Assembly (NCBI GenBank): GCA_016218255.1
Contig: JACREN010000037.1
Coordinates: forward strand, 1,514-65,513
Reading direction: 5' to 3'
Source of the DNA: Candidatus Gottesmanbacteria bacterium
GTDB lineage: Bacteria > Patescibacteriota > Microgenomatia > UBA10105 > UBA927
DNA length: 64,000 bases
Part shown: positions 58,234 through 64,000 of the stretch, in pieces
Layout of the letters: every line of letters begins with the position of its first letter
How positions within the stretch are numbered: position 1 is the first letter of the stretch
Made by a program: the position numbers and the translations under genes
The notes under the pieces: generated by a model
What the model was told of the DNA's origin: nothing
What the model saw: only the letters and a program-made list of their open reading frames with translations
Databases searched by the model: none

Positions 58234-59282
58234 CTGCACTATTATTGTTAGGCATCGGTTCGTTTGGACTTTTTATCCTCCTAACCATTGATAGATATCT
58301 TTTTTCTCAACAACTTGTGTATTTGGTTGCGGCAAGTATCATATTGGTCGTCGTTTCCAAAATTGACCGGGCGATACTGTGGTGGTTTGCTCCTGTTGGC
58401 TATATCATTGCGATACTTCTCGTTTTGTTGCCGTTTTTTGGTCCGAGCATTCGCGGAAGCCATCGCTGGATATTTGTTGGTGGTGTGCAACTGCTTCAGC
58501 CTTCGGAAATCATAAAACCGCTTCTTCTTCTTGCATTTGCGAGAACCATGGCGTCATTTTCGCCACGGAATATCCGAAATGTCCCACTGTTGATGATAGT
58601 ATTTATTATTCCTTTCTTGTTGGTATTCAGGCAACCAGATCTGGGGACATCGTTGGTTTATGGCGGTATGTGGTTAACCATGCTGGTGGCGTCCGGCGTA
58701 TCCATAATCTTGCTTGGGGCCGCGAGTGGAGGTATGGCGCTGCTGGCACCGATGCTGTGGCAACTCCTGGCCGCATATCAGAAGGCACGCATAACGACAT
58801 TTTTGAATCCCGCATTGGATCCTCGGGGCGCAGGATATAACGCGGTGCAGGCGGTGATTGCTGTGGGAAGCGGACAATTTTTTGGAAGAGGTTTGGGGCG
58901 AGGCACTCAGAGCCATTTACGTTTTTTGCCAGAATTTCATACTGATTTTATCTTTGCGACTCTTGTGGAGGAGCTGGGATTTTTGGGTGGAGTAGCGCTG
59001 TTATTGTGTTACGCATTTCTCTTATGGCGCATTATTGCGCCTCTCGTGCGTGGACGTGTACAGGACATATTTCATTTTGCCTATGCTGTAGGACTTTTTG
59101 CTATGCTTCTGGTTCAGATATTTATTAATGCTGGGATGAATATGGGTATCATACCGGTTACAGGAATCACACTGCCCTTCGTATCGTATGGAGGCAGTTC
59201 ACTTCTTTCCATCGCAATATCATTTGGCATTTTGTGGTCGCTTGCGCGTGAAAAGCGAGTTGGTGTGATTGCAATCCATTGA
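58200..59282 (+). CDS. SEDS-family peptidoglycan glycosyltransferase (RodA/FtsW paralog)
   Basis: N-terminus DAFHFDWLTALLLLGIGSFGLF. 10 transmembrane helices. C-terminal SEDS motifs. ATG 58200 overlaps the ileS 3' end by 34 nt. Confidence 0.8.
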   Translation: MGRDAFHFDWLTALLLLGIGSFGLFILLTIDRYLFSQQLVYLVAASIILVVVSKIDRAILWWFAPVGYIIAILLVLLPFFGPSIRGSHRWIFVGGVQLLQPSEIIKPLLLLAFARTMASFSPRNIRNVPLLMIVFIIPFLLVFRQPDLGTSLVYGGMWLTMLVASGVSIILLGAASGGMALLAPMLWQLLAAYQKARITTFLNPALDPRGAGYNAVQAVIAVGSGQFFGRGLGRGTQSHLRFLPEFHTDFIFATLVEELGFLGGVALLLCYAFLLWRIIAPLVRGRVQDIFHFAYAVGLFAMLLVQIFINAGMNMGIIPVTGITLPFVSYGGSSLLSIAISFGILWSLAREKRVGVIAIH

Positions 59283-59288
59283 TTATCT

Positions 59289-59297
59289 TGGTACAAT
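59289..59297 (+). promoter_or_regulatory. extended -10 promoter element (TGgTACAAT) 7 nt upstream of the rplU ATG (leaderless-type)
   Basis: TG at 59289-59290, TACAAT at 59292-59297, ATG at 59305. Confidence 0.4.
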
Positions 59298-59304
59298 AGC
59301 ATAT

Positions 59305-59619
59305 ATGTTTGCCGTTGTTCGAATTGCCGGAAAGCAATATACCGTTCGGCCAGATCAAAAAATTCTGGTGGATTCTTTGGCGGGTGGAGAAGGTGACGCA
59401 GTGACGTTTGACGAAGTGCTTCTCTTGGTTGATGAGAAAAAGACTTCGGTAGGCACTCCGACCTTGAAAGATGTTTCGGTGCGGGCTAAAATTATAAAAC
59501 AGCAAAAAGGAGATAAGGTAGACGTATTGCGATATAAATCTAAGGTTCGACACAGAAGACATATAGGATTCCGGGCACACCTCACTGAGCTTCAGATTCT
59601 TGCAATCGGCAAGGCATGA
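59305..59619 (+). CDS. rplU: 50S ribosomal protein L21
   Basis: MFAVVRIAGKQYTV… matches the L21 N-terminus. An upstream in-frame ATG at 59269 is unlikely. Confidence 0.9.
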   Translation: MFAVVRIAGKQYTVRPDQKILVDSLAGGEGDAVTFDEVLLLVDEKKTSVGTPTLKDVSVRAKIIKQQKGDKVDVLRYKSKVRHRRHIGFRAHLTELQILAIGKA

Positions 59620-60788
59620 ACGACTATTTATTTTTCTTCGGCAGAACCCCAAATCTTTCATGGGTAGAGCTTTTGGTCTTTTTTCCCGGTGCAACCAAGC
59701 TTTTTGAGACGGTTGCAGTGGTATCAGAAAAGGAATTTCAGAGTAAAGATCGGTCTCCTGACGAGTGGATCCGTATCTTGGGAGGAGTGACAAAAATTTC
59801 ACGCGTGGTCACCCGATTACCATATGTAGCAACACCTGCTGACCTGGCTTCTGTGGTATCTGATGCGCGGGTGCCTGGCGCAGGCACATTAACGTTCGGA
59901 GTAAGTACGAGCGAAGCAGATGCGCCTATACCCCGACATTTTTTGGAAAAGATGAAACAAATTTTAGCCTCGGATGATCACCGAGTGCGTTTTATCGAAT
60001 CTCGCCATGGCAATGCTCTCACAAGTGTAGTAATTGCGAAAAATGACATTATTGATATTGTTCTTTTGAAAGTTTCCGATGGGTACTCTATAAGCCGTAC
60101 CCTAGCAGTGCAAGATTTTGAATCATGGAGCCAGCGTGATTATGGTCGACCGCACGCAGATCCTAAAGCGGGCATGCTTCCGCCCAAGGTAGCGCGGATG
60201 GCAGTAAATATAGCCGGTACGCCCGGAGGTGTCCTTCTTGATCCGTTTTGTGGAATGGGAACTGTTTTGGCAGAGGCGCTTTTGCTCGGTTGGTGCGTGA
60301 AGGGAAGCGATCAATCGGAAGAGGTGGTTGAGAAAGCGAAACTAAACCTGGAGTGGTTGGAAAAATTGTATCTTCATGGCAAAGTGGCAATCTTTCCGGA
60401 TATGAAATTGTTTGTCAGTGATGCTACACATGTATCAGAGTACTTAAAACCGGAATCAATTAATGCGATTGTGACCGAGCCATATATGGGCCCGACAATT
60501 GGTGAAAATGACAAATTTCGAATGACCAATGATAAATTAAAAAATGTTATAAAGGGGCTGGAAAAACTCTACTTGGGCTGTTTGAAGGATTGGCATCCTA
60601 TCCTGAAGACTGGAGGAAGGGTTGTCATAGCACTGCCGGAATACAAGATTGAGGACAAAATGTTCTTCGTGAAAAAAGTGATTGACAGGTGTGAAAACCT
60701 TGGGTATACTAAGCTCCACGGTCCGGTCGAATATGGTCGACCGCAGGCAATAGTGAGAAGAGAATTTTACGTTTTTGAAAAGACATAA
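59616..60788 (+). CDS. class I SAM-dependent RNA methyltransferase (UPF0020/Trm11-RlmL-like)
   Basis: LLDPFCGMGTV (motif I). VTEPYMG (motif IV, (D/N)PPY variant). ~160-aa THUMP-like N-terminal region. Confidence 0.65.
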   Translation: MNDYLFFFGRTPNLSWVELLVFFPGATKLFETVAVVSEKEFQSKDRSPDEWIRILGGVTKISRVVTRLPYVATPADLASVVSDARVPGAGTLTFGVSTSEADAPIPRHFLEKMKQILASDDHRVRFIESRHGNALTSVVIAKNDIIDIVLLKVSDGYSISRTLAVQDFESWSQRDYGRPHADPKAGMLPPKVARMAVNIAGTPGGVLLDPFCGMGTVLAEALLLGWCVKGSDQSEEVVEKAKLNLEWLEKLYLHGKVAIFPDMKLFVSDATHVSEYLKPESINAIVTEPYMGPTIGENDKFRMTNDKLKNVIKGLEKLYLGCLKDWHPILKTGGRVVIALPEYKIEDKMFFVKKVIDRCENLGYTKLHGPVEYGRPQAIVRREFYVFEKT

Positions 60789-60794
60789 TAACTT

Positions 60795-61046
60795 ATGGCA
60801 CATATTAAAGCTGGAGGAGTTGCAAAAGGAAATAAGGATTCAGTATCGAAGCGCTTAGGCGTGAAGATATATGGTGGTCAACAGGCGATAACAGGAAATA
60901 TCATCATCCGTCAAAAAGGTACGAAAGTTCATCCTGGAGAAGGCGTAAGCATGGGGAAGGATTTCACTATATTTGCGGTGATGGACGGCGAGGTTGCATT
61001 TAGTACGCGTCGCGGTAAACAGTTTGTTTCGGTACTGCCCAAGTAG
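60795..61046 (+). CDS. rpmA: 50S ribosomal protein L27
   Basis: MAHIKAGGVAKGNKDS matches the L27 N-terminus, with no N-terminal propeptide. Confidence 0.9.
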   Translation: MAHIKAGGVAKGNKDSVSKRLGVKIYGGQQAITGNIIIRQKGTKVHPGEGVSMGKDFTIFAVMDGEVAFSTRRGKQFVSVLPK

Positions 61047-61053
61047 TAAATTC

Positions 61054-61872
61054 ATGTCTGATACGCAACAGGTGTTACATCTGGATATCGATTTGGGTCA
61101 GCCAAATCCACTGCAGCCTCGAGGTTTGATCGCCCCCGACAGTCTTCGAGATTTATCAAATTCCATAAAAGAACATGGAATAATAGAACCGCTTGTTGTG
61201 GCGAAAACGCCAGCTGGATACCAGATCATCGCTGGAGAGCGTCGGTGGCGGGCATCTAAGCTTGCTGGTTTGACGACAGTTCCTGTGGTCGTGAAGGAGA
61301 CGACAGCAAAAGGCATGCTGGAAATGGCAATCGTTGAAAACGTTCAACGCGAAGATCTCAATCCTATTGAGCGGGCGCAGGCGTTTCAGCGGCTTATTGA
61401 AGAGTTTGGTTTGCCGCTACTTGAGATAGCCAAGCGAATCGGTAAAAGCGAATCCTACGTATCGAATACCATGCGGCTTTTGGGACTCCCGGATGCTATA
61501 AAAGATGGTCTTATATCTGGAGCCATGACGGAGGGGCATGCACGAGCAATCGCAGGATTGGGCGACACGAAGCTCATGGTCGAAGCGTATAAAACGATAT
61601 TGGCAGAAAGTGCATCGGTGCGAAGAGCGGAAGATTTAGCCAGGCGACTGAAGGCACAATACGATAAAAAGCCGACCCAACGCGTGGAGCGCATACATAG
61701 CGATGAGCTAGATGGCATGGCGAAAGATATCGCTCAGGCTGTGAATGGGATGGTTAAAATAACGCAGTCAAAGGTGGAGGCTCGGGTCGTTTTTGTGATC
61801 CGGGGTAATTTAGAAACCACAAGTAAACTTCTCAAAACGCTTCGCGATCGAGTCGTCCCTGCCAAAAAGTGA
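61054..61872 (+). CDS. parB: ParB/Spo0J-family partition protein
   Basis: GERRWRAS (ParB box II). HTH region. N-terminal ParB/Srx domain. Confidence 0.85.
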   Translation: MSDTQQVLHLDIDLGQPNPLQPRGLIAPDSLRDLSNSIKEHGIIEPLVVAKTPAGYQIIAGERRWRASKLAGLTTVPVVVKETTAKGMLEMAIVENVQREDLNPIERAQAFQRLIEEFGLPLLEIAKRIGKSESYVSNTMRLLGLPDAIKDGLISGAMTEGHARAIAGLGDTKLMVEAYKTILAESASVRRAEDLARRLKAQYDKKPTQRVERIHSDELDGMAKDIAQAVNGMVKITQSKVEARVVFVIRGNLETTSKLLKTLRDRVVPAKK

Positions 61873-61884
61873 GTTGATATCGTG

Positions 61885-61956
61885 TGGACCTGAGAGGTAT
61901 CGAACCTCTGACCTTTCGAATGTGAGTCGAACGCTCTACCACTGAGCTACAGGTCC
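61885..61956 (-). tRNA. tRNA-Val (anticodon CAC), 72 nt, CCA not encoded
   Basis: Reverse-complement sequence GGACCTGTAGCTCAGTGGTAGAGCGTTCGACTCACATTCGAAAGGTCAGAGGTTCGATACCTCTCAGGTCCA folds as a cloverleaf. Acceptor stem 7 bp, perfect. D-arm GCTC/GAGC. Anticodon loop CUCACAU. T-arm AGAGG-TTCGATA-CCTCT. An extended -10 (TGaTATAAT) lies on the minus strand at 61980-61988. Confidence 0.85.
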
Positions 61957-61967
61957 CGCATAAGTTC

Positions 61968-61996
61968 TTGACGATAGTAATTATATCACCTACACT
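61968..61996 (+). promoter_or_regulatory. sigma70-like promoter for lepB (TTGACG-17-TACACT), leaderless-type spacing
   Basis: -35 at 61968-61973, -10 at 61991-61996, ATG at 62009. Confidence 0.45.
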
Positions 61997-62008
61997 GAAT
62001 TTACCTCT

Positions 62009-62572
62009 ATGGAGATTCTAAAACGGATTATCGCTGGAATATTCGATTTTTTGCAGGGCATTGTGGTCTTTTTGGCGTTACTGGTAATGGTATATTTGTT
62101 TGTTATGTCACCACAGGAGATAAATGGGGCTTCTATGGAGCCAAGCTTTTATAACGGTGAATTTATCCTCACAAATAAGATAATTTATAAATTTCGGAAT
62201 CCCAAGCGTGGAGAAGTCGTGATTTTTAAGTCTCCAAAAAATAAGGAGATAGACTATATAAAGCGGGTGATTGGGTTACCGGGAGATACAGTAAAATTGT
62301 ACAAAAGTGCTCTTTATGTAAACGGTCAAAAGCTGGAGGAGCCGTATTTGGCCCCCGGAGTATATATATTTGGAGGATCGTATCTGGCGGAAGGGTATGA
62401 AGTGACCGTACCTTCAGGCATGTATTTCGTTGTGGGTGATAATAGACCGCATAGTTCAGATTCGCGTGAGTTCGGGCCAGTATCAAAAGAGGATTTTATT
62501 GGTCATGCAATTCTTCGTTATTGGCCGTTTCAGAAGGTAGGGTTGGTCGCAACTCCTCATTATACGCTCTAA
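62009..62572 (+). CDS. lepB: signal peptidase I
   Basis: SMEPSF (Ser box). KRVIGLPGD. GDNRPHSSDSR (box E). Confidence 0.9.
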   Translation: MEILKRIIAGIFDFLQGIVVFLALLVMVYLFVMSPQEINGASMEPSFYNGEFILTNKIIYKFRNPKRGEVVIFKSPKNKEIDYIKRVIGLPGDTVKLYKSALYVNGQKLEEPYLAPGVYIFGGSYLAEGYEVTVPSGMYFVVGDNRPHSSDSREFGPVSKEDFIGHAILRYWPFQKVGLVATPHYTL

Positions 62573-62574
62573 CA

Positions 62575-64000
62575 TCAGAGAGCTTCCCGAAATAGTAGCT
62601 GGGAAAGATAAAAGAATATTTTTGCCTCAGCAAGTGATCCTCCGCTGCGAGCCGCTTCAGCCTGACTGCGATATTCCTGAGCGCTTTGAAAGCGTCTGGC
62701 TCTGATTCCGATGGATTCTCCACGTCCTGTAGCAGCTGTAAGAATTCTGGTCAGATTTGAATCATAGGAAGCTGTGCTTGCAGAAAATCTGTTTGTTTCC
62801 GAAAGGGGGAAGAGCGATGTTTGGGCTCCCAATGCATACTTATAAAGGTAGGCTATCTTTTCTGAGATTTGGAGAGAGGCCTGAATAGTATTTTCTGTGT
62901 TTTGGGTTTTGCGATAGATGGATAATTGCGTGATGCTTTGTTCAAGATTTGTTTTTGCTATTGCATGCCGTCCGATAGCGATGGCTGATCTGGCAAGCGC
63001 TAACGATCGGCGGGCGGCAGTCAGAGAGTTGTGATTTGTCAGATTAAGAATAAGTTGGTTGATCTCATCGAACTTTTGGGTGGTCGTCGTGGCGACGGAC
63101 GCCTCAGTCAAAAGGGTGTTTGCGGTAACTGATATGCTATATATCTTTTGTGCACCGGGTGTAATGGTGCCGGTATATTCTTTCCAGGTGTTTGCACTGT
63201 CGGTAAATTGCGCGGCAATGAGGGTATACGGTCCGGCTCCGGTACCGGTGAGCTTCACATCGTACGTACCGGTGTCGGGACTTGGTATGAAGACGATGCC
63301 ATCCGGCCCGTCATGGGTAGTGCCGTTATGCGTTACCTGAAGAGAAACAGGAGAGCGGACGAGAAACAGAAGACCGGGCGTGACGGAAGTCGGGCTACCT
63401 GCAACGATGTCTGCATCAGTGTGCGCAATAGCGAGAATATCCAGTATTGCATCAATGCTGTCGCTTGCCGCAATGGTGTTTTTGTGATTTTGGCTGACTG
63501 ATGTGCCGGTATCGCCGGTCAGTTTTGCGCGAAAAAGAGTGACAAGATTATCTCCTTCGGTTGTCGTTTCTGCAGTTACAGGTTTGCCGTCAGTCCAATT
63601 GCCGAGCGCTGTGTCGATCCATGAGGGATCCGAGACAACATACCCGTTGATAGTAGAAAATGTCGTGCCGGTGAGGGCGTCAAGTAGTGGAAACGTTGCA
63701 CTTGCGCTTGTGTTCAAATCAGATAGCCATGTGTTTGTGAATGACATGGTCGCCGGATCAATGAGCTGGTTGTCTGATTGTCTGCGTAGGTATGCAGCCA
63801 GTGGGAGAAGATTCTGTATAACCGGAAGACTGGACCGAATAGTTTCGCGATTCGTTGCGAATGATCGGCGGTTGAGTTGTAAAACCAACCGTTCTCCTAG
63901 CCAAAGAAGAGAATTGTCCTGAGGCAGGTCGCCAGCTGACCAGGCGGGATATGCAATTGCTGCACCCTGATTGGGTGTTCCGGCCGTGATAAGGTGCTTT
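62575..64000 (-). CDS. Thr/Ser/Ala-rich hypothetical secreted/surface protein; partial, N-terminus beyond the window end
   Basis: Minus-strand frame is open from 64000 down to the stop at 62575-62577. Low-complexity T/S/A-rich composition. No recognisable catalytic motif. Plus-strand ORFs 63059-63922 are antisense artefacts of it. Confidence 0.5.
   Translation of the reverse strand, partial: KHLITAGTPNQGAAIAYPAWSAGDLPQDNSLLWLGERLVLQLNRRSFATNRETIRSSLPVIQNLLPLAAYLRRQSDNQLIDPATMSFTNTWLSDLNTSASATFPLLDALTGTTFSTINGYVVSDPSWIDTALGNWTDGKPVTAETTTEGDNLVTLFRAKLTGDTGTSVSQNHKNTIAASDSIDAILDILAIAHTDADIVAGSPTSVTPGLLFLVRSPVSLQVTHNGTTHDGPDGIVFIPSPDTGTYDVKLTGTGAGPYTLIAAQFTDSANTWKEYTGTITPGAQKIYSISVTANTLLTEASVATTTTQKFDEINQLILNLTNHNSLTAARRSLALARSAIAIGRHAIAKTNLEQSITQLSIYRKTQNTENTIQASLQISEKIAYLYKYALGAQTSLFPLSETNRFSASTASYDSNLTRILTAATGRGESIGIRARRFQSAQEYRSQAEAARSGGSLAEAKIFFYLSQLLFREAL

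Noticed and set aside
59269-59304. Upstream ATG for rplU adding 12 residues
   Set aside because: L21 homologs begin at MFAVVRIAGKQ…. The extension would also overlap the extended -10 element and the SEDS gene stop.
63059-63922. Three plus-strand ORFs (93, 117 and 139 aa)
   Set aside because: They lie antisense within the long minus-strand T/S-rich ORF, which is open to the window end. They have Cys/Val/Gly-rich nonsense composition.
1-64000. CRISPR arrays, transposases/IS elements, integrases, rRNA genes
   Set aside because: None detected. There are no direct-repeat/spacer arrays, no DDE or Tyr-recombinase-like ORFs, and no rRNA-like segments.

Overview
The whole 64-kb window is co-directional on the + strand, apart from one minus-strand tRNA and one partial minus-strand gene at the 3' end. 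Genes are densely packed, and many neighbouring genes overlap by 4 nt (the stop codon of one overlaps the start of the next, ATGA). This looks like a small, streamlined genome, possibly from the Patescibacteria/candidate phyla radiation (CPR); that attribution is inference only. Three blocks stand out. (1) Positions 1-24175 are a large cell-surface glycan locus. It holds a truncated SDR epimerase, a UDP-glucose dehydrogenase-family enzyme, a UDP-xylose synthase, a GalE-like epimerase, six intact GT4 glycosyltransferases plus an orphan GT4 N-terminal fragment, two GT2s, an LbH acetyltransferase, a ManC-like nucleotidyltransferase and a polyprenyl-phosphate sugar transferase. It also holds several very large polytopic membrane proteins: an O-antigen-ligase-like (Wzy_C-type) domain fused to a domain with the fold of the GT-C membrane glycosyltransferases, an ArnT/PMT-like GT-C enzyme, and two paralogous giant membrane proteins of unknown family. 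(2) recO, glyQS and an extended division/cell-wall (dcw) cluster follow: mraZ-rsmH-ftsL-ftsI-murE-pgeF-murC-murB-murA-[GlmU-like]-[alpha/beta hydrolase]-murF-[DegT aminotransferase]-[Cas4-like PD-(D/E)XK nuclease]-[FemAB]-dgkA-mraY-[PP-loop ATPase-like unknown]-murD-ftsW-murG-ftsQ-ftsA-ftsZ. Within it, MurE and MurF lack the usual N-terminal domain and begin with hydrophobic segments. An uncharacterised PP-loop/QueC-like protein, translationally coupled to murD, is the most intriguing candidate. (3) The last block holds a DUF2079-like membrane protein, a putative T-box leader with a terminal-loop AUC specifier, ileS, a second SEDS (RodA-like) gene, rplU-[RNA methyltransferase]-rpmA, parB without a parA partner, tRNA-Val(CAC), lepB and a partial minus-strand Thr/Ser-rich secreted protein. 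Regulatory observations are a five-unit 10-bp-periodic MraZ-box-like repeat abutting the mraZ start, several sigma70-like promoters placed so that transcripts would be leaderless or nearly so, and a hairpin-rich ftsA-ftsZ spacer. No CRISPR array, transposase or rRNA gene was seen.
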